A stretch of 64,000 bases of DNA from Candidatus Falkowbacteria bacterium RIFOXYA2_FULL_47_19 (GTDB lineage: Bacteria; Patescibacteriota; Patescibacteriia; Patescibacteriales; UBA12075): the NCBI GenBank assembly GCA_001780275.1, contig MFGB01000020.1, forward strand, positions 104,813-168,812. The letters run 5' to 3'. Every line of letters starts with the position of its first letter. Position 1 is the stretch's first letter. The translations under genes were made by a program, and so were the position numbers. Under the pieces are notes generated by a model. It was not told the DNA's origin, made no database searches, and saw only the letters and a program-made list of their open reading frames with translations. Below, piece by piece: positions 55,209 to 64,000 of this stretch.

Positions 55209-56687
55209 ATGAAAATAGTTTTGGAAGTAATTTTATTTATTACCGGAGCCGCCGGCATGATCTTCGAGATCGCGGGCGCGCGGGTATTAGCTCCTTACCT
55301 CGGGACATCGCTCGTCGTTTGGACAAGTCTTATAGGAATAATTTTAGGAAGCCTGAGTTTTGGTTATTTAATCGGCGGAAAGCTGGCCGATAGGCGTCAG
55401 GATATAAAAGTACTGGCGGCGGTCCTGGGGGCCGCGGCTTTTTTTGTCGGATTAACCGCGTCCGGCAAGGATATTTTTCTTGTTTTACTGGATAGCCTGG
55501 CTTTAACGGTCAATTCGGGGAGTATATTGGCGGCGATAGTCCTTTTCGCTCCCGGAAGCGCGTTCCTGGGAATGGCGACGCCTTACGCGGTTAGGCTTAA
55601 ATTGCGGTCGCTAGATAAAAGCGGCGGAGTGGTCGGCCGTTTATACGCGATATCCACCATCGGCAGTATCGCCGGCACTTTCGCGGCCGGTTTTTGGCTT
55701 ATTCCATATTTCGGCACCACTATGGTTCTCTGGGTTCTGGCGCTTATTCTCGCCTTAACCGCTTTAATTATCTCCGGCCGGCGTTTTTGGATAGAAAAAA
55801 TTTCGATACTGGCCGTAGCCTCGATCATATTTTATTCCGGCAGCCTCGCCGTAACCGCTTATCCCGGAATGGCCGATGTTGACACGGCTTATAACCGCTA
55901 CTGGATATATGAGCGTGATTATGAGGGACGGTCGATCCGGGTAATTAAAACCGATCCCTTCGGCACTCAAGCGGCGGTTTATACGGATAATCCGGATGAG
56001 ATAGTTTTTGATTATCTTAAATTTTTTCACGTCGCTGAACATTTTCATCCCCGGGCGGACCGCGCGCTTCTCGTTGGCGGAGGGATATTCACCTTTCCCC
56101 GCGATTACATTTTAAGGAACCCGGATTCGGAAATGGATGTGGTCGAACTTGATGGGAGACTTATAGATCTGGCGCGGGAGCATTTTTATTACCGGGATGA
56201 CCCGAGAATCGGCGTCTTTCACGAAGACGGACGCATATTTTTAAACCGGAATAAAACGGTCTATGATCATATTTATCTTGATGCCTTTAATTCCCATATT
56301 TCGATCCCTTTCCAGCTGACCACGCGGGAGGCGGTACAAAAAATTCACGACTCCTTGTCCGATGACGGCGTGGTTGTTCTAAATTTGATCTCAGCTTTCA
56401 GGGGTGATAAGGGAAAATTCTTGCGGGCGGAGCTAGCGACCTATAAAGAGATTTTTCCGCAGGTTTTTTTGTTTGCCGTGCACAAAGGAAGCGATCCCGC
56501 GGAGCGGCAAAATCTTATTCTCATAGCTACTAAAAAAACGGAGAAAATACTTTTTTATAGCGATGACCAAGAAATCAATGATTCTTTAGAAAATATCTGG
56601 ACGGAAGAGCTTGATTCCGATTTGCCGGTTTTGACCGATGATTACGCGCCAGTCGATTTTTATACCAAAGAGATGATGTTTAAATAA
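55209..56687 (+). CDS. Fused membrane domain plus spermidine-synthase-like (polyamine aminopropyltransferase fold) protein
   Basis: About 7 N-terminal TM helices. C-terminal LLVGGGIFTFPR, VVELDGRLIDLA, HIYLDAFNS. Confidence 0.6.
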   Translation: MKIVLEVILFITGAAGMIFEIAGARVLAPYLGTSLVVWTSLIGIILGSLSFGYLIGGKLADRRQDIKVLAAVLGAAAFFVGLTASGKDIFLVLLDSLALTVNSGSILAAIVLFAPGSAFLGMATPYAVRLKLRSLDKSGGVVGRLYAISTIGSIAGTFAAGFWLIPYFGTTMVLWVLALILALTALIISGRRFWIEKISILAVASIIFYSGSLAVTAYPGMADVDTAYNRYWIYERDYEGRSIRVIKTDPFGTQAAVYTDNPDEIVFDYLKFFHVAEHFHPRADRALLVGGGIFTFPRDYILRNPDSEMDVVELDGRLIDLAREHFYYRDDPRIGVFHEDGRIFLNRNKTVYDHIYLDAFNSHISIPFQLTTREAVQKIHDSLSDDGVVVLNLISAFRGDKGKFLRAELATYKEIFPQVFLFAVHKGSDPAERQNLILIATKKTEKILFYSDDQEINDSLENIWTEELDSDLPVLTDDYAPVDFYTKEMMFK

Positions 56688-56738
56688 CCCCTCAGGACCG
56701 GAGAATAAAGCCGAGATTCTGGACGTTCGGGAGGTGGT

Positions 56739-56927
56739 ATGAAAACTGAGCGTTGTTTTTTTTGCGGAGCGCCGCCGGGCCGGAATCAGGCAGACGCGCG
56801 CAAGCCGCTTCAATGCGAAGACTGCCAAAAAATAATTTGCGGCCGATGCGTCGTCTACGGCCTGGATTGCGTGGCGCGCTGCGAACGCTGCTATTTTAAG
56901 AAGTATAAAAAAGAAACAAAAAAATAA
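56739..56927 (+). CDS. Small Cys-rich zinc-ribbon-like protein
   Basis: 62 aa with CFFCG...CEDC...CGRC...CERC pairs. Confidence 0.4.
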   Translation: MKTERCFFCGAPPGRNQADARKPLQCEDCQKIICGRCVVYGLDCVARCERCYFKKYKKETKK

Positions 56928-56964
56928 TAATAAAACCGCTCCGCGTGAACGGTTTTTTAATAGC

Positions 56965-57016
56965 TTGACAAAAAATATCGATATGATATAATTTAGATAG
57001 TTGTCTAAATATCTAA
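56965..57016 (+). promoter_or_regulatory. Consensus promoter TTGACA-N16-TATAAT with an overlapping inverted-repeat operator
   Basis: TTGACA at 56965-70 and TATAAT at 56987-92. Inverted repeat TTAGATA (56993-99) / TATCTAA (57010-16) just upstream of the ArsR-family gene. Confidence 0.65.
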
Positions 57017-57026
57017 TTATATTAAA

Positions 57027-57290
57027 ATGACATTAAGTAAAACCATGCACGCGTTAGCTGATCCGACCAGGCTTAAGATCCTCGAGATACTTAAAAAGAA
57101 AGATTTGGGCGTTTCTGAGATCGCTAAAAATTTTTCCATTACGTCCCCTTCTTTATCACACCACCTGAACATCCTCAAGCAGGCTGATCTTGTCAGCTTC
57201 CGGCGGGAGGGCCAAAACCTGATATACTCGCTTAATTTAAGCGTGTTTGAGGAGGTGGCGGAAAAGTTAATTAAATTTTTTAAGAAATAA
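57027..57290 (+). CDS. ArsR/SmtB-family (SdpR-like) transcriptional regulator
   Basis: LADPTRLKILEILKKKDLGVSEIAKNFSITSPSLSHHLNILKQADLV. Confidence 0.85.
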   Translation: MTLSKTMHALADPTRLKILEILKKKDLGVSEIAKNFSITSPSLSHHLNILKQADLVSFRREGQNLIYSLNLSVFEEVAEKLIKFFKK

Positions 57291-57295
57291 ATCTT

Positions 57296-57994
57296 ATGAA
57301 TCCGATCAAACCTACCGTTAAAACCGAAGTAATCCCTGTTTTGGGGGTAGCTCTGACCATAATTTCTTCTTTTTATTTTTATGCCCATTTTCCGGAACGC
57401 GTGCCGATGCACTGGAACGTGGCCGGCGAGATTGATAGCTGGGGTCCGCGCTGGGCCGGTGCGTTCATAATACCGGTTGTTATTTTAGGAATATATTTAT
57501 TATTTTTAGGGATCCCCTACCTTGATCCCAAAAAGGACAGATATGAGCAGTTTCGAAAAGTGTACCACGTATTCAAGGGTTTTATCGTGATGTTCATGGC
57601 GATTATTTATTTTCTTACCTCTTTTAGCGCCCTGGGAAGCGATATTAATATCGGATTGTGGGTGCCGGGCATGGTCGGTGTTTTATTTATTCTGCTTGGT
57701 AATTATATGGGCAAGATTAAGCCTAATTGGTTTATGGGCATCCGTACCCCCTGGACGCTCTCCTCGGAAGAGGTCTGGAATAAAACCCACCGGTTCGGAG
57801 GAAAAATATTCATGCTGGCCGGACTGGTTTTTCTGGTAATGAACTGGATGCCGGTTTCCTGGCGCACACCCCTCTTTATGGCCGATATGATCTTTATTTT
57901 ATTGGGGACGGTAGTTTATTCTTATGTTGTTTATCTTTTGGAAAATAAAAAGAACCGGATAAAAAACGATAACAGTACTAAACATAAAGAGTGA
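57296..57994 (+). CDS. SdpI/YhfL-family membrane protein (DUF1648 plus SdpI domains)
   Basis: PERVPMHWNVAGEIDSWG (DUF1648-like) and WFMGIRTPWTLSSEEVWNKTHR (SdpI-like). Confidence 0.7.
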   Translation: MNPIKPTVKTEVIPVLGVALTIISSFYFYAHFPERVPMHWNVAGEIDSWGPRWAGAFIIPVVILGIYLLFLGIPYLDPKKDRYEQFRKVYHVFKGFIVMFMAIIYFLTSFSALGSDINIGLWVPGMVGVLFILLGNYMGKIKPNWFMGIRTPWTLSSEEVWNKTHRFGGKIFMLAGLVFLVMNWMPVSWRTPLFMADMIFILLGTVVYSYVVYLLENKKNRIKNDNSTKHKE

Positions 57995-58001
57995 AGCATA
58001 T

Positions 58002-58775
58002 ATGAGAATTATAAGCGCGCAAAATCCAAAGATCAAAGAAGTTTTGAAATTGCGTAAGGCGGGCAAGAGGAGGGAGGAGGGTCTCATAATAATCGAGGGA
58101 AAAAAAGAAGCGGAAATGGCGCTGGCCGCCGGATTAAAACCTGAAGCGTTTTTTTTCTGTCCGGAATACGGAACAGCGCCGGTTTTTCCGTCCGGAATCA
58201 TACCCCTTGAAACAACCCCGGAAATATTCAAAAAGATTTCTTTGCGCGAAAATCCGGACGGATGGCTTATGCTGGCCAGGCCGGGATATTTAAAACTGGG
58301 TAAGGTCCGGTTATCCGGGAACCCCCTTGTGATCATTCTGGAAACAGTGGAAAAGCCAGGCAACCTGGGCGCGATCCTTCGAACGGCGGATGCCGCCGGA
58401 GCGGACGCGGTCGTAGTAACCGACCCTAAGACCGATATTTACAACCCAAATGTTATCCGCGCCAGCCGGGGAACCGTTTTCGCCGTCCAAACAGCTGTTG
58501 GTACAGCCGATGAGGTTATATCCTGGCTTAGAAAAAATAAAATAAATATTTTAGCCGCCGCGCCCGAGACCGACATGTTCTACACGGAACCGGACTATCG
58601 TGGCCCGACGGCCATAGTCATCGGCGCCGAACACGAAGGCCTGAGCGAAACCTGGCTTAAGGCGGCCGATAAAAAGATAAAAATACCGATGAAAGGTAAA
58701 ATTGATTCACTTAACGCTTCCGTGAGCGCGGCTGTTATAGTTTATGAGGTGGTCAGACAGAGGGATAAAAAGTAA
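58002..58775 (+). CDS. TrmH/SpoU-family RNA 2'-O-methyltransferase
   Basis: EKPGNLGAILRTADAAGADAV and SLNASVSAAVIVYE. Confidence 0.85.
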   Translation: MRIISAQNPKIKEVLKLRKAGKRREEGLIIIEGKKEAEMALAAGLKPEAFFFCPEYGTAPVFPSGIIPLETTPEIFKKISLRENPDGWLMLARPGYLKLGKVRLSGNPLVIILETVEKPGNLGAILRTADAAGADAVVVTDPKTDIYNPNVIRASRGTVFAVQTAVGTADEVISWLRKNKINILAAAPETDMFYTEPDYRGPTAIVIGAEHEGLSETWLKAADKKIKIPMKGKIDSLNASVSAAVIVYEVVRQRDKK

Positions 58776-58792
58776 ATTATATTTAAAATAAA

Positions 58793-58819
58793 AAACCCGC
58801 TCAAAACACGAGCGGGTTT
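58793..58819 (+). terminator. Rho-independent terminator
   Basis: 10-bp stem AAACCCGCTC/GAGCGGGTTT. Confidence 0.7.
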
Positions 58820-58965
58820 ATGATATTATCATTAATCGCTGTTTTCAAGTCTTTTTTGTCTTCCGCACATTTAGTCCGCGGGCGCGGTACTTTTATTATT
58901 TGAGTTTGCCGTACCGACTTAATTATTATATAATTAAGTTATAATTTATTTAATAATTTATTGTT

Positions 58966-61737
58966 ATGGAAAAATTAAATATCGGAAAAACGCATCGATT
59001 ATTGTTCGGAGCGCTGCTAATAGCGGGTTTTTGTCTGGTTATGCCGATATTGCCCGCGAACGCCCAGGATTGTTCTAAAGCTATAACGATTATCGCCCGC
59101 GATACTGACGGGAACTTTATTCCTAACGCGAATTTCAGCGTCTATGAGCAGGCAGTGGATGTTGACGGTAACCCTAAGCCGGGCAAACTCGTGGGATCCG
59201 GAAAAACGGATGCCTTGCTGGGCAAAGGAACGGTAATTTTTCAGAGCCCGGACGCCGTTAATTATGCTTTAAAAATAAACGTTGTCAATAAGGATTTTAC
59301 GTCATTTTATTATTATAACGAGATCAGCCTGGATTGCGGTCAGTCCGCGGAAATCACGAAAGTGCTTTCAGCGCTGAAATTCACGCTACGCAATACCAAC
59401 GGCAACCTGCAAAAGAACCGAAAATTTTCGCTATACACACAGAGGAAGGACGCTGATTCCGAACCTATCAAAGAAAAAGAGGATCTGGTAGCGGTCTTTG
59501 ATTCTTCGGGCGAGGGAATGGTAAAGATCTATCTGCCGAGCGACGATCAGTCGGTAGACGGCAAAACCGGTGGAATATTCGTGTTTGAATCGGGAGACGA
59601 TAAATCCGGCATTTATACCCAATATGATATTTATGCCAGCTTTGAGCACACGACCAACATTAATTATGTCTATAGCGACATGAGGCTGGTTTTCCGCGAC
59701 TCAAATAACGTATTTTTTCCGGCTAACACAAAAATCAATATTTATAAACAGGAAACGGGGGTTAACGACGAAGATAAGATGGGGGCGCTTGTCGGGACAG
59801 TTATTACGAACGACAAGGGTGAGGCCGTTTTTGAATATCCGGCCGGACGGTATATGGCCCGGATCACGGGAACCGATAAACAATATATATACTTCCTTGA
59901 TCTATACATAGCGGACCAGAAACGCAAAACCTATGAATTGACCACCGCCGAGGACCAGGAACTTGGAAGCGGCGCTTGCGCGGCGGCCTCGACGTTTACG
60001 CTTATTACCAAGGACAATCAAAATAATTTGATTCCTGGTCTTAGTTATGAATTATACGAACAGATCGAGGACGCCAACGGAAAATCGGCGGCCGGAACAA
60101 AAATAAAATCCGGTAAAATAGATTCTAACGGCCAGGCTACCGCGGTCTTTAATCCGGATCCGCGCAAATTGTATGCTTTAAAAATCTATGACAAGAACGC
60201 TAATGTCGGCGATTACTGGTTTATGGACGAGATTCGTTTTATCTGCGGCCGGGACAAGGAGGTCGTTAAAAAACTGCCGGTTATTCATGTTATCCTGCGG
60301 AATGCCGACGGTACGCTCAGGAAAAACCAAAAATTTTCCGTCTATACGCAGAAATTCGACGTTGACGGCAATCCGGTTAAAGAAAAAAAAGACCTGGTAA
60401 GTTCAGCTTTAAGCACCTCGGAAGAAGGGAAGGCTGTGGTTTTCGTCGCGCCCGCGCACCCCCACGATAAGAATAAGCGGGGCGTTTACGTATTATCGGT
60501 AAGCGGAGGCGGTAAGGTTGAGTATAATGAATATAATATTATCGTACCCGCTTATCAGGATGTTTATCTGGATTATTATTTAAGCGATATTATCGTTAAG
60601 CTCTCCAGTCCCGCCGGATCGGCCATAAAGAATAAAGCGATCAATTTTTACGAGCAGATCCAGACGCCTTCGGGGGGGAAGTCTTTGGGTAAGTCGTTGG
60701 GCTCGGCCAAAACCAACAATGAGGGCGCGGCCGGTTTCGCCTATCCGGCCGGAAAATACGCCTTCGTAATAGCGGACGATCTTAAGCAGAATATTATTTT
60801 TTGGGATACGGAAATAAAGAACCGACAACGGACGGGAAAAACCCTGACGCCTAATTTAACCCGGATAGGCGCGGTCGGTCCGGACGGCGCGCCCTTGCCG
60901 GCCAACACCACGGTATCGGTTTATACTTTGGAAGCGGATGAAAATAATAATTATTACAAAGGCAAACGCCTGTCAACCGTAAAAACAACGGATAAGGGCT
61001 ACGCGGAAGTGATAATTTCCCCCGGACCTTATTTATTTACGGTTACTTTCAATAAAACGGATTATGGATCGGCGCTTTATATAACCAACGGCGAACTTCA
61101 GAGTTTAACGATTAGAACCGTTAACGAGCAGGTTATTTCCGCCGGGCAGAAATTTTCGCCGGCGAAGCACGTGAGCGCCGGGGGGATGGCGGCTAAACTT
61201 AAAGGCAGGATATTATTACAGGTAGAGTCGAAGGGCGAGGCCTGGTACGTGAGCCCGGATAACGGGAAGAGGTTTTATATGGCCAACGGCACGACAGCCT
61301 ATGAGATAATGCGACGTTTCGGGCTGGGCATTTCGAATGAAAATCTGGCGAAAATCCCGATCGGTCTTGACCGCCGGTTCAACGAAATCGATTCAGATAA
61401 AGACGGCGTAGCCGATAAAATGGAGGAGGCCCTGGCAACAAATCCGGAAGATCCTGATTCGGACGGCGACGGCTACGATGATTATGCCGAGATCATGAAC
61501 GGCTATAATCCGAAGGGATCGGGACAGCTGCCGCCGGATTTCGGATTGAGCGACCGTCTTAAGGGGCGGATCATACTACAGGTAGAGTCGAAGGGCGAGG
61601 CCTGGTACGTGAGCCCGGATGACGGGCGACGCTATTATATGCAAAATGGCGCTTCGGCTTACGAGATCATGCGATTTTTAAGCTTGGGGATAACGAACGA
61701 TGATTTGGGAAAAATCGAAGAAGGAAAGTTGGATTAA
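58966..61737 (+). CDS. Large secreted surface protein: duplicated prealbumin/Cna-B-like modules, TSP3-like Ca-binding repeats and two C-terminal repeat domains
   Basis: Signal peptide. Two ~300-aa homologous modules. DSDKDGVADKMEE...DPDSDGDGYDDYAE. Duplicated LKGRI(L/I)LQVESKGEAWYVSPD(N/D)G(K/R)R(F/Y)YM domain. Confidence 0.7.
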   Translation: MEKLNIGKTHRLLFGALLIAGFCLVMPILPANAQDCSKAITIIARDTDGNFIPNANFSVYEQAVDVDGNPKPGKLVGSGKTDALLGKGTVIFQSPDAVNYALKINVVNKDFTSFYYYNEISLDCGQSAEITKVLSALKFTLRNTNGNLQKNRKFSLYTQRKDADSEPIKEKEDLVAVFDSSGEGMVKIYLPSDDQSVDGKTGGIFVFESGDDKSGIYTQYDIYASFEHTTNINYVYSDMRLVFRDSNNVFFPANTKINIYKQETGVNDEDKMGALVGTVITNDKGEAVFEYPAGRYMARITGTDKQYIYFLDLYIADQKRKTYELTTAEDQELGSGACAAASTFTLITKDNQNNLIPGLSYELYEQIEDANGKSAAGTKIKSGKIDSNGQATAVFNPDPRKLYALKIYDKNANVGDYWFMDEIRFICGRDKEVVKKLPVIHVILRNADGTLRKNQKFSVYTQKFDVDGNPVKEKKDLVSSALSTSEEGKAVVFVAPAHPHDKNKRGVYVLSVSGGGKVEYNEYNIIVPAYQDVYLDYYLSDIIVKLSSPAGSAIKNKAINFYEQIQTPSGGKSLGKSLGSAKTNNEGAAGFAYPAGKYAFVIADDLKQNIIFWDTEIKNRQRTGKTLTPNLTRIGAVGPDGAPLPANTTVSVYTLEADENNNYYKGKRLSTVKTTDKGYAEVIISPGPYLFTVTFNKTDYGSALYITNGELQSLTIRTVNEQVISAGQKFSPAKHVSAGGMAAKLKGRILLQVESKGEAWYVSPDNGKRFYMANGTTAYEIMRRFGLGISNENLAKIPIGLDRRFNEIDSDKDGVADKMEEALATNPEDPDSDGDGYDDYAEIMNGYNPKGSGQLPPDFGLSDRLKGRIILQVESKGEAWYVSPDDGRRYYMQNGASAYEIMRFLSLGITNDDLGKIEEGKLD
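61217..61620 (+). repeat. 44-bp perfectly identical direct repeat inside the surface-protein gene (61217-61260 and 61577-61620, exactly 360 bp apart)
   Basis: acaggtagagtcgaagggcgaggcctggtacgtgagcccggat occurs twice, while the flanking codons of the two domain copies have diverged. Confidence 0.9.
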
Positions 61738-61746
61738 TAAATATCG

Positions 61747-61776
61747 AACCGCGGTCCGCAAGGACCGCGGTTTTTT
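61747..61776 (+). terminator. Strong rho-independent terminator
   Basis: 11-bp stem AACCGCGGTCC/GGACCGCGGTT followed by TTTT. Confidence 0.85.
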
Positions 61777-61871
61777 GTTTAATTCAACGGTGCGGGCCGT
61801 AATCTTTTTTTAATAAATATCCATTAATATCAATAAACCAGCGAAGTTATAATAAATTAAGGAGGTGGGTC

Positions 61872-62300
61872 ATGCTTAAAATAGTTCTTTTGTCATCATT
61901 CGTGGTTCTTTTTGTGTTAACTTCGGAAACGCGGCCGGCTGAATATGTCGTTAAATCGGGGGATACGGTTAAGGGCATCGCTAATAAACTCGGTATCACG
62001 TCAGATGCGATAATACGGATAAACAGCCTGGATAAAAAAAATTATATCCGGACGGGGCAGACGCTTAAATATGTTTCACGGTCAGATCTTCAGGGGGCGC
62101 TTGATTTTTGGAATAAAGAATTCTCCGGAAGACTTAAAAATCCGGATTTGAGCAGGGAGGAAAAAAGAAATCTTGAATATACGGCTCAAGAGATCGAGTT
62201 CTCTATATTTCGTGCTATTAACGGAGAAAAATTTAAGGACGTAGATCATCGTTATGTTTTAGATAAAGAAAAAACAGCCGCCGGCTTGTTTAAAAGGTGA
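61872..62300 (+). CDS. LysM-domain protein
   Basis: GGAGG RBS and a signal/anchor. YVVKSGDTVKGIANKLGITSDAIIRINSL...IRTGQTLKY. Confidence 0.7.
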   Translation: MLKIVLLSSFVVLFVLTSETRPAEYVVKSGDTVKGIANKLGITSDAIIRINSLDKKNYIRTGQTLKYVSRSDLQGALDFWNKEFSGRLKNPDLSREEKRNLEYTAQEIEFSIFRAINGEKFKDVDHRYVLDKEKTAAGLFKR

Positions 62301-62323
62301 AAACAGCCGCAATTCGCTGTCCA

Positions 62324-62347
62324 GGGGAGAAAAATCTCCCCTTTTTG
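62324..62347 (+). terminator. Rho-independent terminator
   Basis: Stem GGGGAGA/TCTCCCC followed by TTTTT. Confidence 0.8.
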
Positions 62348-62431
62348 CTTTTAAAATTTGTCTTTCACGGGTTGTTCATATATAATAAAATAAGCATTAA
62401 TCTTTAATTATTTTAAGTAACCCACACTCGG

Positions 62432-63760
62432 ATGGACTTAATTTCTTTCGGTCAACGACCCGATATTTTTGCAACCAATGAGATAGAGATAACCCCGGAA
62501 TTCCGGCGGGCTTTGGATCTTCTTGAATACACAAAAGAAAATATATTTATTACGGGTAAGGCCGGTACCGGCAAATCCACTCTTTTAAAGCATTTTTGCG
62601 GCAACACGGGAAAGAAAATAGTAGTATTGGCGCCTACCGGCGTCGCCGCCCTAAACGTCGAAGGAGCGACCATTCATTCGTTTTTTCAATTCCATTTCGG
62701 ACTGCTTGAGGGCAGAAACGAAGAGATAAAGCGCCTGGCGCGGAAGTCTGAAATATTCCATAATCTGGACGCGGTCGTGATCGATGAAATTTCGATGGTC
62801 AGGGCAGATCTTATGAACGCTATCGACCTTTCCCTCAGGAAAAATGTCGGCTGTGACAGACCTTTCGGCGGAAAGCAGCTTATAGTCTGCGGCGATCTTT
62901 ACCAACTGCCGCCGGTCGTGGCGTCTGACGAAGAAAAAAATTATCTTTTCGATCGTTATGGCGGAATATATTATTTTTGCGCTCCGGTATTCCGGGAGAT
63001 CGATCTTAAAAAAATCGTTTTAAATAAAATTTTCCGGCAGACGGAAGACGATTATCGGAATATTCTGGAAAAGATCAGGGAAAATTCCCTGTCTCCCGCC
63101 GACCTGGAACGCCTTAATTCGCGTTGCGGCATAGTTCAGCCGTCAGAACCGATCGTTACTCTGGCGACCACCAACGCGATCGTAGAGCGTATAAATACGG
63201 GCAAGCTCAACGAGCTTAACGGCCGGGAAATGGTTTATGACGCCTTAATAAGCGGCGATTTCGGCGCCGGAGATTATCCGGCAGACAAGACGCTTCGTCT
63301 GAAAAAAGGAGCGCAGATAATGATGGTAAAAAATGACAGCGGCGGAGAACGGCGCTGGGCTAACGGCTCTCTGGGAGTAGTTAAAAATTTCGGGGCGGAT
63401 TATGTGGAGGTGGATATAAACGGAGCCTCTTATGTCGTTCTAAGCGCGGAGTGGCAGGTTTTCGATTATACTTACGATCGGCAACGGGAGAAAATAGAGA
63501 AGCGGACCAGGGGTGTTTTTCGCCAATTCCCTCTTAAGCTCGCGTGGGCAGTAACGATCCATAAAAGCCAAGGCAAGACCTTTGACCGGGTAATCGTCGA
63601 TTTCGGCCGCGGTGCCTTCGCTCACGGTCAAGCCTACGTGGCTTTATCACGCGCCAAAACCTTTGACGGTCTTTATCTTAAAACCCCTGTTCAGTATAAG
63701 GATATTATCCTGGACGAGGACATAAAGACCTTTCACGGGGATAAAACCGAAGTTTTTTGA
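62432..63760 (+). CDS. Pif1/RecD-like SF1B DNA helicase
   Basis: GKAGTGKSTLLK (Walker A), VVIDEISMV, GDLYQLPPV, TIHKSQGKTFD. Confidence 0.8.
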   Translation: MDLISFGQRPDIFATNEIEITPEFRRALDLLEYTKENIFITGKAGTGKSTLLKHFCGNTGKKIVVLAPTGVAALNVEGATIHSFFQFHFGLLEGRNEEIKRLARKSEIFHNLDAVVIDEISMVRADLMNAIDLSLRKNVGCDRPFGGKQLIVCGDLYQLPPVVASDEEKNYLFDRYGGIYYFCAPVFREIDLKKIVLNKIFRQTEDDYRNILEKIRENSLSPADLERLNSRCGIVQPSEPIVTLATTNAIVERINTGKLNELNGREMVYDALISGDFGAGDYPADKTLRLKKGAQIMMVKNDSGGERRWANGSLGVVKNFGADYVEVDINGASYVVLSAEWQVFDYTYDRQREKIEKRTRGVFRQFPLKLAWAVTIHKSQGKTFDRVIVDFGRGAFAHGQAYVALSRAKTFDGLYLKTPVQYKDIILDEDIKTFHGDKTEVF

Positions 63761-63835
63761 TCAGAACGCGCTTTAGCGCGCTGTTCATCGGTGCTTTATT
63801 CGTTGTCATTTTTTATTAGAATTATACATAAAAAC

Positions 63836-64000
63836 ATGTCTAAAGAAAAACTCGGCGGTTTTACCGAATCGCCAAAACCGAAAAAAGAAAAAATCTCCCG
63901 TCCCGGAGAGAAATTGAAAGGCTTCCGGGCGGAATTATGGCAACGGGCAAAAAGCGTATTAACTCGCTTAGGCTTCGATCTGTCGGCGAGAGAGACCGTC
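63836..64000 (+). CDS. Hypothetical protein, N-terminal fragment (runs off the window)
   Basis: The ATG at 63836 opens MSKEKLGGFTESPKPKKEKISRPGEKLKGFRAELWQRAK..., which has no stop before the window end. Confidence 0.3.
   Translation, partial: MSKEKLGGFTESPKPKKEKISRPGEKLKGFRAELWQRAKSVLTRLGFDLSARETV

Noticed and set aside
1-64000. CRISPR arrays, rRNA genes, transposases, prophage structural genes and known defense-system genes
   Set aside because: I looked for regularly spaced direct repeats, rRNA-like conserved blocks and recombinase, transposase, RT or nuclease-ATPase signatures in the ORF translations. None was found. The only helicase is Pif1-like, and the only nuclease-like proteins are the YraN and NYN domain proteins.

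Overview
The window looks like a chromosomal segment of a small-genome, CPR/Patescibacteria-like bacterium. That assignment is an inference from gene content: TrbC/VirB2-like mini-pilins, short genes, salvage enzymes and archaeal-type pyrH and PGI/PMI. It spans the replication origin, with dnaN-dnaA on the minus strand, an AT-rich oriC, and rpmH-rnpA-yidD-yidC on the plus strand. I can support about 70 CDS, 4 tRNAs (Leu-TAG, Glu-TTC, Arg-CCT, Ala-GGC), many rho-independent terminators and several near-consensus TTGACA-N16/17-TATAAT promoters. There is no rRNA, no CRISPR array and no recognisable transposase, integrase or reverse transcriptase. Core functions include ppsA, tdk, tsaD, rpsO-pnp, PBP1A, murI, trxB, rnhB, a TreT-like GT4, GH130, a GalT-like enzyme, PGI/PMI, a standalone LigD polymerase domain and a Pif1-like helicase. 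The most unusual part is 40.5-50.3 kb. (i) A 1.4 kb stretch downstream of tRNA-Arg/Ala has no long ORF. It holds a small terminator-bounded ORF, a GC-rich structured element closed by a long-range helix, three 14-bp GTTCYAC/GTAGAAC-type palindromes, a very AT-rich tract, and a promoter plus nested-hairpin leader. (ii) At 44.7-50.3 kb there is a cassette-like array of eight small, unrelated, AT-rich minus-strand genes. They are separated by unusually long structured spacers that share sequence motifs, including an ~85-nt GC-rich repeat pair. Several of these ORFs are bracketed by their own inverted repeats. Integron-like (CALIN) cassettes, a new ncRNA family, or mRNA-end pairing are all possible explanations, and I cannot decide between them without tools. 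Other notable items are a GC-rich foreign-looking gene next to tRNA-Glu driven by a host-type promoter, three paralogous pilin-like genes, and a lower-GC block around the origin. All composition statements are rough eye estimates, not computed values.
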